64,000 nt of DNA from Octopus sinensis (Eukaryota): positions 28,086,001 to 28,150,000 of the forward strand of contig NC_043000.1 in assembly GCF_006345805.1 (NCBI RefSeq), in the 5' to 3' direction. The notes beneath the pieces were generated by a model that ran no database searches, was not told the DNA's origin, and worked only from the letters and a program-made list of their open reading frames with translations. The position numbers and the translations under genes were made by a program. Below, piece after piece: positions 1-10,381 of the stretch; the stretch's first letter is position 1, and each line of letters starts with the position of its first letter.

Positions 1-404
1 ACAAATACGCGTGTGCACATCTACCTTCACCAATATTAAACTAATATTTGCCTCAATATTATGTGAATATCGGATGATTAATACATAACTGACTGCGAAA
101 TGTCGATAGTGAATCTTTGAATGTTCAAGTCTAATTAGAAGCTAAAATAATTGGTTTAAAAGAACAAGCCTTATCTTTGGAAATAATTCTATAGAAACGT
201 ATTCGGGCAGTCACTTATGAATAAAAATGTTGCACAGAAAAGCCAATAATACCGCTTATTGCACAGTGTTTTGTATACTGCTATAAAAACGGTTAATAAC
301 CGTTACATGCAATAATGAAAACTTGGTTATAATTGAAGTCTTGGCGTATGTAAAGATTGGGATATATTATGGTGGATAGGATATCAAACATTCTTTTATT
401 CTTT

Positions 405-878
405 TATTTGTTTCAGTCATTTGACTGCGGCCATGCTGGAGCACCGCCTTTATTCGAACGAATCGAGTCCAGGACTTATTCTTGATAAGCTTAGTACTTA
501 TTTTATCGGAGATGCTAAGTACGGCGATGTATCCAATACAATTGTTGTCAAGCGATGGTAGGGGGATAAACTCAGACAGTCAGTCATAGTGGTTAGTGCA
601 GCGGACTAGCGGGCGAGGGATCGCGAATTCGAACATCAGACCGGGCGATGTGTGAGTTTATGAGGGAAACACCTAAGTTCCACGCGGCTCCGGCAGAGGG
701 TAGTGGCGAACTTCTGCTGACTCTTTCGCCACAACTTTCTCTCACTCTTTCCTCCTGCATCACTTAGCTCACCTGCGACGGACCGGCATCCCGACCAGGT
801 GAGGAACTTATACGCCAAGGAAACCGGGAAACCGGCCCTGTGTGCCAGGCATGGCTTAAGACGGAACAAGTATATATA

Positions 879-909
<31 letters not shown>

Positions 910-1068
910 CGAAGGACATCTTTAAGTTTCTGTCTACCAGATTCACTCACAAGGCTTTGGTTGGCGCGAGGCTATAGAAGAAGACACGTACCTAGTGTGC
1001 CACGCTATAAGACTGAACACGAAATCATATGGTTGGGAAGCAAGCTTCTTACTACACAGCCACGCCTG
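405..1068 (-). mobile_element. tRNA-derived SINE family A, split: head about 930-1068, tail about 405-575, with another SINE and a TA microsatellite between them
   Basis: Reverse complement of the head GGCGTGGCTGTGTAGTAAGAAGCTTGCTT and of the tail GGCGGTGCTCCAGCATGGCCGCAGTCAAATGACTGAAAC, both also seen in the full copies at 25060 and 51535. Confidence 0.7.
583..870 (+). mobile_element. tRNA-derived SINE (head type D + tail T1) nested in SINE A
   Basis: A-box-like TAGTGGTTAG and B-box-like GAATTCGAAC. Body homologous to 48246-48619; tail homologous to 46300-46416. Confidence 0.65.
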
Positions 1069-1699
1069 CCAACGTCTGCGCGAACTTACACCCAAAACAT
1101 CATATACACACAAAAAAGCAACATAGTGTATCACATAAAATTATAAATATATTGAGGAACGTAAAGTGTGAACGTACGATGTAAAATTCGTCGTATTTAC
1201 GAGATTAATTTATATAACTGTTTCAAATTAAAACAACAACGGCCGGAGTCTTGGTGGAAGGGATGAGTCGATTACATCGTCCTCTGTGTGTTTGTCTAGT
1301 ACCAACACTTGACAACCGGTGTTGGTTTGTTTATATTCACATAACTCGAGTTGTTCAGCAAAAGAGACCGACAGAACTAATACCAGCATAAAATGTGCTC
1401 ACTCGATTTGTCCGACTAAACCCTTGAAGGCGGTGCCCCAACATGGGCGCAACCCAAACTAAAAACAGTAATAAATAAAGGCCGTATGTGTGCATGCATG
1501 CATTTATATATGTGTATGCATATATAGATAATTTAACTGACCATGTAAATATTATGTTCATATGTACGTGTGTGTCTGTTTGCTATGTATTCAATTATGT
1601 ATGGGATGTGTTTCATATTTACTAAATGTTAAGGAGGAACATGCATTTCAATCAACCAATCAATGTGTGTGTGCGTGTGTATGTGGAAAAGCATGTTTT

Positions 1700-2227
1700 A
1701 CGAACGGAGATCACACCGGCTCACCGTCCAAGAAAATGTGTAAGTGGCGTAGGTACAACACCTGTCTGAGCATTAGTCGTCATGGTATCAGAAGGTGCTG
1801 GCAAAAGATCGACCGCCTGACCAGTGCAAACGCGTTGTTTCCAAGGAAAGAGGAAAAGTAAACGCTCCCGTTCGCCTTGACCATTCAGGGATAATTTTCT
1901 TTCAACCCATTTCTGAGCAGTTTTTGTTCATCTGAATGTCTGAGCCAAACCAGACACTCTGCAATTTCACTAGTCCATCTGTCCATCGACCATCTACAAT
2001 GCTTGTTAGCATAGTCATGCCCCTCCAGTTGCCGAGCAGCCGGCTAACTTATTATTCAGATTTATCTTAACCCTTGCCATCGCCTCGTATTTCTTTAAAG
2101 CAGAATCGACAACGTGAATTTCAGCGGTGATTGACACCCTGGGCGTGATGTTATTCGCATACATCGACACATCTCTACCGCCTCCCAGTTCGAAGGCGAT
2201 GCTTCTCAAGAAATTTAGTTTCGACAG
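1700..2227 (-). mobile_element. Degenerate 3' end of an RTE-clade LINE
   Basis: Minus-strand translation gives KEIR..ARVK, then WRG..L..IVDGRWTSEIAE and MVKANG, resembling the RTE C-terminal WAGH..R..DGRWT..V.EW block. Frameshifted. Confidence 0.5.
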
Positions 2228-3310
2228 CAAATAAGAATAATTAAAACATTCAGACAAATACATAAACACCAGGAATTATAAGTGCATATAAGATACAGAA
2301 AATAACACTACTAGCCACCGCACAGATCTTACGTAAAGCATTTTCAATACAGTGAAAATTAAAACACCACAATAAGCCACAGCTCATATCCAAAGCACAG
2401 AGAACTACATTCGGTGGTGCAGTGAAGGTACGCGGCTTGACCCATCAGAAAATTACAAATACCTGGGGATAAACGAAGGGGATGGTATAAAACATGCTAC
2501 TATGATGGAAAGAATAAGAAAGGAGTATTACAGGAGAATAAGACTCATACTAAAAACTGAACTCAACTGCGAAGATCGCATCGAAGTCATTAACACCTTG
2601 ACAGTTTTAGTAGTCCAATATTGCTTTAACATCATTAACTGGAATCTTACAGAACTCCAAAACCTGGACAGGAAGTCAAAAATACTACTAACATGCACCA
2701 CCCAAACGCAGACGTTGATCGTCTGTACCTACCTAGAAGTAATGGGGGAAGAGGAATGATGCAGGTAGAACTGTGCTATAAGACCTCCCCAATAGCAATC
2801 AACAAGTACTTATCTAGTCTAGAGGACTGGATGCTGCGGTTTGTGTGCAAACGCGAAGGCAGCAAAATTTCACATTCGATTGTCAAGGAAGCTTGCAAAT
2901 TTCCAAGGGAACTTGGCATCATCCTTGAAATATATCAAGAGCCTGCAACCACAAAACAAGGAAAACGGATGAAGCAGACTGCAAAAAAGAACGGGCAGAA
3001 ACAAATTGAGGAGCGGTGGATCGAGAAGCCTCTGCATTGATAGTAAATACTTCGAAGTTGAAACGCTGATGTAGACCAGGCAACAAGTCATCAATGACTG
3101 AGAAGTTCAGGACTGAAAGCAGAGACTGAAGGTCTCATACTGGCAGCACAAGATCAAAGCTTGCCTACAAAAAACTACCAGGCTAACGTTCTTCAAAACG
3201 GTTCTGACCCTAAATGTAGATTCTGCGACACGTTTCCTGAAACAATAGACCATCTCGTCTCAGGATGTCCTATGCTGACACCAAGTGAATACAAAAATTG
3301 GCATGCTCTA
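2228..3310 (+). mobile_element. R4/Dong-like non-LTR retrotransposon fragments in permuted order (3' end 2228-2433, then internal part 2434-3310)
   Basis: Translations YKYLG, KEYYRRIRLILKTELN, MHHPNADVDRLYLPRSNGGRG, WIEKPLH and CRFCDTFPETIDHLVSGCP match the longer copy at 31553-33490. Segment 2228-2433 matches that copy's C-terminus and 3' UTR (33270-33470). Confidence 0.8.
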
Positions 3311-3855
3311 TTACGGTCAGTTAGGATATTGCAGTAAATCACGCATATAATGGAAATCTACATTCGATTATAACAGTAATTTGAAATGGCGCTTACTTCT
3401 GAAAGTTTGTCATACGTCTAAAATAATTTAAAGTCAGACTGTAAACCATTTTCAATAGCGGTACTGCTAATAAAATCAGTATGACATTTTTTCCGTACTT
3501 GTAATCAAGTCTCGATCTAAACTGCTGCCTGCTATTTCATTTCTTTTCTATACACACTTGAAATATATCTCTACAAATTACTTATTCAAGCCAGTTAAAT
3601 TAGAGTATCATATAGCATGTGGTCCTCTCAGACTCTTAAAACTATCATTCTGTTCCGTCATAATAGAGATTGGCTCATGTTTCAGCATATCATTGCTGAT
3701 ATCTTTATCGCCACATATTTATCTTTCTATTCTTCTTTACTGCCTGCTTTCTCTCTCGTGTGTTAACACACACACACACACACACACACACGCACGCACG
3801 CACGCACGCACGCATACACACACACATACGCACGCACACACACACGCACACACGC

Positions 3856-3880
<25 letters not shown>

Positions 3881-3886
<6 letters not shown>

Positions 3887-4435
3887 AGAGTGATGACCAC
3901 CAAGTGGACATCCATTATGCTAGATGTAGTCCCCATATGGTCTGAGCACTAAGAAAACATTGTTCTCAAGAAAATTCAGCACACGCCAGAACGTAAGCGA
4001 GCAAGACAAATGAAAAGATAAAAAATATAAAGATTTATCACAAACCCAGTTTCATTGTTACCACTTACGTATAGTTCTGCATATTATATTTTGCTATGAC
4101 GATCACACTGATGATTTGCGGACATTTACATAAGTATTACGTAAGTGGTAACAATGAAATTGGGTTTGTGATTAATCTTTATATATTTATCTTTTCATTT
4201 GTCTTGCTCGCTTACGTTCTGGCGATTGTTGAATTTTCTTGAGAACAATTTTTTCTTAGTAGTCAGACCATATGGGGTCTACATCTAGCATAATGGATGT
4301 CCTCTTATTGGTCATCTCTCTTATATATATGTGATATAATTTTTCTGAATCTTCAGATTTTTAAATGTGCTAGGCCACTGTTTTTAAATTTACATTTTAC
4401 AAATTAATATTCAATATTTCACCCTTATTATTTAA

Positions 4436-4440
<5 letters not shown>
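3881..4440 (+). repeat. Fold-back repeat element: about 190 bp inverted arms (3881-4071 and 4138-4330), 66 bp spacer, then a 3' tail ending at (TA)n
   Basis: Arms read directly as reverse complements. Same family as 47741-48090. The spacer contains CTGATGA (4108-4114). Confidence 0.8.
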
Positions 4441-4509
<69 letters not shown>

Positions 4510-4537
4510 TATATAATATATATATAATATATATATA

Positions 4538-5075
4538 TAATTAAGGGTAGAAATTGATATTTATCAATTAAGACCAGTGGTCTAGCATATTAAAAAAGAA
4601 TCCGAAGATTAAAATATTTATATATACCAATTAAGGACTGGACACGAAAAGTAGAAAGTCAACATGCTAGATATAGACGTCAAATCGCCATTCTCCACAA
4701 AAGATTATGTTCTCAGATCAAACTCAGCACAAAACCATAGCAATAAACAAGTGAAAATATACGAAATAAAATAATTACCCATGTACTGATCAGTTTCGCC
4801 TGTTATTTTCCGCAAGGATAACTGCAGCCTTCATCAGCATGGTCCGTTATAAATGCAATTTACTGGACTAGATGCAAACACGATACCGAAGTATCGCGTG
4901 CATGGAGTTCAGCCTATTACATTCGAATGCCTTTATTAATGTTTCGTAAACGAACCGTCAAGTAAACAAATTCAAAACATTAGAGTTCGCCGGTTAAATA
5001 TACTAAAACACGGAGTAAAAGCAACCGTTCTGATCATTTTGGCCGCCATGGGTTTTGCAGTAAATCACTAAATCA
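4538..5075 (-). mobile_element. HHR-bearing non-coding repeat (retrozyme-like), 3' end abutting (TA)n at 4439-4538
   Basis: Contains the HHR at 4779-4842. Terminal about 60 bp homologous to the termini at 4345-4440, 6317 and 10044. Far boundary approximate. Confidence 0.6.
4779..4842 (-). ncRNA. Type I hammerhead ribozyme
   Basis: Minus strand CCATG-CTGATGA-A-GGCTG..GTTAT..ATAACAGGC-GAAA-CTGATCAG-TA-CATGG. Stem I is 5 bp, the core is intact, stem III is palindromic, the cleavage triplet is GUA, and stem II has one G-G mismatch. Confidence 0.75.
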
Positions 5076-5280
5076 TCCATAACTTTTGTATTATCCTCTC
5101 AAATTACACCAAAATCTCAGGCAATAACAAATAATATCGTATTTATTGTCTGTGAAATTTATAGAATATAAAACAACTTTGTTAAAAAAATTATATCTAC
5201 TATTCTGACGAAAACAATGCCGTTCTGAACATTTTGGCCGCAACTGTAATATATATGTATATATATATATATATAGATAT

Positions 5281-5323
<43 letters not shown>

Positions 5324-5725
5324 TTGTAGACAAGAATCGCCTATAATGGGCGCCGGAGCTCCCATATTACGGGATTTCATTTTACTGAAAATCATAAGTG
5401 AAGGGTGTCTGGTCACCGCATGGCCGTCAAATTTTGTTGCCACGATATATAGAATATCAGCGTATTTTTACTCATCACTGTCTCTCGTAGCCAGCAGTCT
5501 TTTTAGAAATTATTAACAACGGAAGCAGTACTACTACCAAAAGGTGATCTTTATTTTATATGTGTATGCGTGCGCGTGTGTGTATGTGTGTGTGAACACA
5601 TTTATATATGTATATGCATACGTATTTATATATATATGTGTGTATGCGTGTGTGTGTTAAATAAAGTGAGACAATAAAGCCAAGGCTGTGTGGAATTTTC
5701 AGGATATTTATAAAGTGAAGGTTAG

Positions 5726-5771
5726 TCTTACAGCTGTTTCTGGGATATTATGGATATCCTTTCATCTGAGA
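5726..5771 (-). ncRNA. Degenerate type I hammerhead (core CAGATGA)
   Basis: Minus strand TCT-CAGATGA-AAGGATAT..ATATCCCA-GAAA-CAGCTG-TA-AGA. One core substitution. Confidence 0.5.
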
Positions 5772-6049
5772 TGTTATGAGATTGTTAAATAGAAGGAAAT
5801 ATCAGAGTTCGATATAAGGAGTTATTTTGGAAAATGAAGTATATAGGGAAATAGGAGAATGAAGGTAGAATGTAGAAATAAGAATAATGAAGATGTCATA
5901 TTTGCAGTTCCATTATCCAAGGATATATATATATATATATTATATATATATATATATATAATATATATGTATATACATACATGAATATGTATAGACATAT
6001 AAATATGAATGTGTATATATATATATATATAAATATGTATGTATATAAA

Positions 6050-6082
<33 letters not shown>

Positions 6083-6204
6083 CATACATTTATATATATG
6101 TGTGTGTGTGTGGGTATATAAATATGTAGTGAGAATTCACAAAAAATCAAGACAAAATGGGGAAATTTCTTCAGAGTGAATCTCCTTTAATCTACATTGA
6201 AAAA

Positions 6205-6298
6205 TGTGTTAGTTGGCCCAAGGTGCCACGCAGTGGGTTTGAACCCGGAACAATGTGATTGGAAAGCAAGTTTCTTACCACACAGCCACGCCTGTGCC
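6205..6298 (-). mobile_element. SINE family A head fragment
   Basis: Reverse complement of GGCACAGGCGTGGCTGTGTGGTAAGAAAC..CCGGGTTCAAACCCACTGCGTGGCACCTTGGG. Confidence 0.7.
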
Positions 6299-6316
6299 TC
6301 ATGTCTATAATATATA

Positions 6317-6895
6317 TTTAAATAATGAGTGAGATAAATTAATATTAATTTTAATATCAATTTAAAACCAGTAGTCTTATATACAAAAAATCTGAGAAAT
6401 TAGAGAAAATTCTAATATATGTGTATATTGGCAGGGCAAGACTGCTAGATAGTCGGCCGTATGCTAGAAATAGATCATCAACGATCAAACTACAAAGAAA
6501 GTTCTCTAGAGGAAAAATTCAGCGAACACCAGAACCAAATTTGGCGGGCAGGACAGATGAAAATTTATATAAAAACAGAATTAATTGCATACCTCGGTTT
6601 CGGCCTTTAACAAAAGAATTACTTACATAATTCAAATGTCCGTGGCCTCGTCAGTACAATCGTTCAGTGTAAATGCAATTTGAAAAACTAACCGTAGCTT
6701 TCTGTGCCAAAACAGACACGTGTTTAGTTTTACCGATTACATTAGGTATAAAATTTCAAATGTCTTAGTTCCGGCGCGCTAAAGAATTCCTGAAGCGAAG
6801 AACTGCAGTAAATAATTCACTGCGGTTAGTGCTTGCTACTAGAGAACGTATTTATTTCAATGTTTAAATAATGAGGGAGATAAATTAATATTAAT
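6317..6895 (-). mobile_element. 546 bp retrozyme-like monomer with a 33 bp terminal direct repeat, flanked by TA-rich tracts
   Basis: TTTAAATAATGAG(T/G)GAGATAAATTAATATTAAT at 6317-6349 and 6863-6895. Internal intact HHR; no credible ORF. Confidence 0.75.
6584..6660 (-). ncRNA. Intact type I hammerhead ribozyme
   Basis: Minus strand ATTGTA-CTGACGA-GGCC-(38 nt)-GGCC-GAAA-C(CGAG)G-TA-TGCAAT. Stem I is 6 bp with one G-U, stem II is 4 bp of G-C pairs, and the cleavage triplet is GUA. Confidence 0.85.
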
Positions 6896-6924
6896 GATAT
6901 ATATATATATCACCTGTATATAAG

Positions 6925-7080
6925 CTGTATAAATTGAAAAAAAAACACGTAATCTAAACGGTGTTAAGTTAGATAGTACACAAATATGTATACACAAACA
7001 CACACCTATACATACAGTGAGTGTGTACTATCTAACTTAACACCGTTTAGATTACGTGTTTTTTTTTTCAATTTATACAG
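6925..7080. repeat. Near-perfect 58 bp inverted repeat with 39 bp spacer
   Basis: 6925-6982 is the reverse complement of 7022-7080 except for A9 versus T10 run length. Confidence 0.9.
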
Positions 7081-10000
7081 TTTATTCATTTTGAACTCTA
7101 TATAAAACGATCTAAATTTCACACGACAGAATCCTATGTAGATAAAAAAAAATATGTCATCGAGAGCATTTACTGTTATCATAGAAACGACAGCAGCTGG
7201 AAGCAGATGCCCTCATTATTTCATGATCTTCTCCACGTGATATAGTATACTTTTCATTTTTATTTTCAATATTTTCCTCGTTAAAATGGTTAAGTGGAAA
7301 AATAAAACTAAAAAATGACTGCATTGTAAAAAACTATCCACTTTAATGGAGAAACGTGAAAATATTAAGTTTCGATAATAACGCGAGAAAGCTAGATGTC
7401 TTCTGCTAGATGTCGTCTGCTCATTTAGATTGAAGGAAGCAACTGCGTGCACTACGTTAAAATATTCTGAAGATTATAACTACCAAAATATTCAGTTCTT
7501 GTTACGGTGTGGTAGGTTGTGTGAATCTGTGGACCTAAGAAGTATACTTGTGGAGCACAAGCGTATGATCCTGTAGAACATCCCATGCTAAACAGGCCGA
7601 AGGATATGGACCTCCTTTTCCCAGGATTAAAATGGATCTGCATACGGCCAACACCTACCTAGTGAAAAGCAAAGTTAAAGAAGCAATAGCACAAACCAAC
7701 ACTAGTATTACATGGGAGAGAGATAGCTCAAAGTCGAGAAAAATGGACAAAAGTTGTCGGTGGTTTTTACTGCATTGGGAACGAAGAGATTAAGGTAAAG
7801 GTTATAAAGAAAAAGGATGGGATATTTTCACCAGCAATGGATTCAACAGGAATTAAGTGTGGGAAGTTGATTATAATGATATTCTTGTTACTTATATGGC
7901 TTAATGTCTGTGATCATAACAGCATTCCATTGAATAATGACAGCATCAAAGGAAGGCTTTGAATTGATTCTCTACCTTGAGAGAATTTAATGAAGGAAAA
8001 GTGGAAAAATATTATAGATAGTTCAGGATGCTTTGAACGCTTCAGAAAGCATTTTGTTTAACAAAGAGTAAGAATTCAAAGAGAATATCCCAACACTGAT
8101 AAAGGAGCCTCAGAAATATTTAAAATTGAAATTCAAAGGTTTGTAGTAGAGGACAGCCATAATGACAGGCAGATTTTTCATGTGGATTTTTCATGTGGCT
8201 TTAATGTATGAGAGTATATTCAGGAAACTCTTGTTAAGGAAGAAAATAATGTTAAAGAAGGAAATACTGTTAAAGAAAAAAATGCAGTTCCTTAGTCATA
8301 AAACTCGATTTTAATTGAAGGAAATGCTGATAGAGATTTAAGCCCTAAACTTATGGTAATAAACCGTACATAAAATCCAAAGGCACTGAGAGGCTACAAT
8401 CAAGAAATATGCTCAATCACCTGGCACTCAAAGAATTCAGAAGAAATATGTTAAGGACGAGTTCCCTTTCCCTAGATTGATTAAAGTCTTTTTGGGGTCT
8501 AGCAGCAAATGGAAATAATACTGTGTGCAAACAATCTTACTTTGAAAGCTTTGTAGCTTTTAGATATGGTTTCTGGCCACCCTCCTTCTACGTATGACTT
8601 AGGCAAAAATGTGAAAATTGGGCTTTTGTACTTCACCGCCCCACCCCTTAAGAAGAGAAAAAAAAACTTATCTATTTTTCATTCTATGAATCTTGATGCA
8701 ATTACACAGTTCAAAGCTAATAATCACAATATATACAAGCTACTGTGAAGGATAACTCAGTTTCAGTAATTGAATTCTGAATGAAATTCAGCATTAAATA
8801 TGGAATTGAAAACATTCGAGAATTATGGAACCGAATGACGTCAAGGAATATGGGGGCTTTGAGGGAAGAAATTTCGCTACACTGCATGAATAATTTTCAA
8901 GGAATTAGCCAACAAATGGTCACATTTATTTATGAGATTTGCACCATTAGACGTGAATTAAGGCTGGATGAACTAGAGTCGTTTAATGTACAAGAAATAT
9001 TGCCTCAAATCGTGAGAAGTTCAGTGATATTGATCTCATTAACATTATTCATCTCGTATCAATACGTAGACAAATGCACGGTAAACCAGTTATCTTTTTT
9101 TCTCTGTCTTCGAAACCCAAGATGGTACTTTCTTTGTTATTTCGGTTTTTGCTTACTTTTTGAATATCATACATGTACCGTTTTATAGTAGTAGTCAGAG
9201 CATATAGACAGGTGTTAATCTGCCAGTATGTGGGTTCATCACACTGTTGTAAATACTCATCACCAATTTCGTTAACAGCTTTGGTTTTTTACTTACTTTG
9301 GTACAGAATACTCTCTCTTCGAGAAAGACCTTCAAAGCCAAAGTTAGTTTGTCTCGGTAAGGGCACATTTCACCGGCATATAATCCTGACTACCACTACT
9401 ACTTCAATAATCGTTGCGATTGTCCCCGCTATTTACCATAGTCGTAGTAGTGGGCAGTGGTCAGTTGCTTGAGCCAGTAATATTGTTCGGCTGGCAGGCA
9501 CTATGGAATCTATTGGAATGTCACTAGCTGCGAAACCATGTGGTGGCCTTATATCATACACGTTTTCGTTTTTGTTTATAGAGTTCGGAAGAAGGTTAAT
9601 TTTCGATTTTTATTTTATTTCATTTTATTCTTTTCTATGTATGTATGCATGCATGTATGTATGTATGTATGTATGTATGTATGTATGTATGTATGTATGT
9701 ATGTATGTATGTATCTATGTATCTATGTATGTATGTATGTATGCATGTATCTATGTATCTATGTATGAATGCACGTAAGTACAACAAAAGATGGAAAGAA
9801 ATATATTGTTGCTTACTGACACAAATCACGGTTACTTCTTAACAATATTCCACTTGAGGAATTATATTATTGACAGTTTTATTTAGCAACGGATATAAAT
9901 TATCAAATATATATCCCATAAATAAACAAATAAACCATTAACAACCGAACAAGTAATAGGCAAAAAGTAATCAACAGCAGCTCTCTCCCTCTTTAAATTC

Positions 10001-10328
10001 GATACGTAGATGTGTGTGTGTATATCTGTATATATATATATATATAATTTCAACAATTGAGGGTAAAATTAATTAATTAATCAATTTCACCAAGTATTCA
10101 GTATGCAAAGGGACCATTTAAGGCGAATTCAAATTATTACATTATATAAAAGGGCTTAGTAAAAGAAATTACTTTGCCGCATACTGAACTCATTAGAAAT
10201 AGCAGCTAAAAAAATTTTTAAAACTATTTCTAATACTTAAAGAAAACCTCTCTCATATAGTGTTTGCTCATTCAAACTCACGCAAATATGGGGGTAGAGA
10301 CATTAAAAAATCAAGTGCAAAGGTTATT

Positions 10329-10381
10329 TGAGAACGTACGTTTCAAGATTAGTCAAAGTCGACATTTCTATCATCAGCTCA
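10329..10381 (-). ncRNA. Hammerhead-like motif in the array unit (also 10891-10943, 11451-11503, 12009-12061 on the minus strand)
   Basis: Minus strand TGAG-CTGATGA-TAGAAATGTC..GACTAATCTT-GAAA-C(GTAC)G-TT-CTCA. Core, stem I and palindromic stem III are present, but stem II is imperfect with a U-U at 10.1/11.1 and a GUU triplet. Confidence 0.5.

Noticed and set aside
1860-2100. Initial reading as a Tc1/maT transposase fragment
   Set aside because: The DGRWTSEIAE block fits an RTE LINE C-terminus better
7450-8300. Possible very old LINE fragments
   Set aside because: Motif matches were too fragmentary to assign
8324-8371. ATG-CTGATAGA...AAACCGTA-CAT possible decayed hammerhead
   Set aside because: Too many core lesions to distinguish from chance
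9298-9395. Possible exons on either strand (minus GLYAGEMCPYRDKLTLALKVFLEERVFCTK with donor GTAAGT)
   Set aside because: Poor acceptor context, competing readings and no recognisable protein
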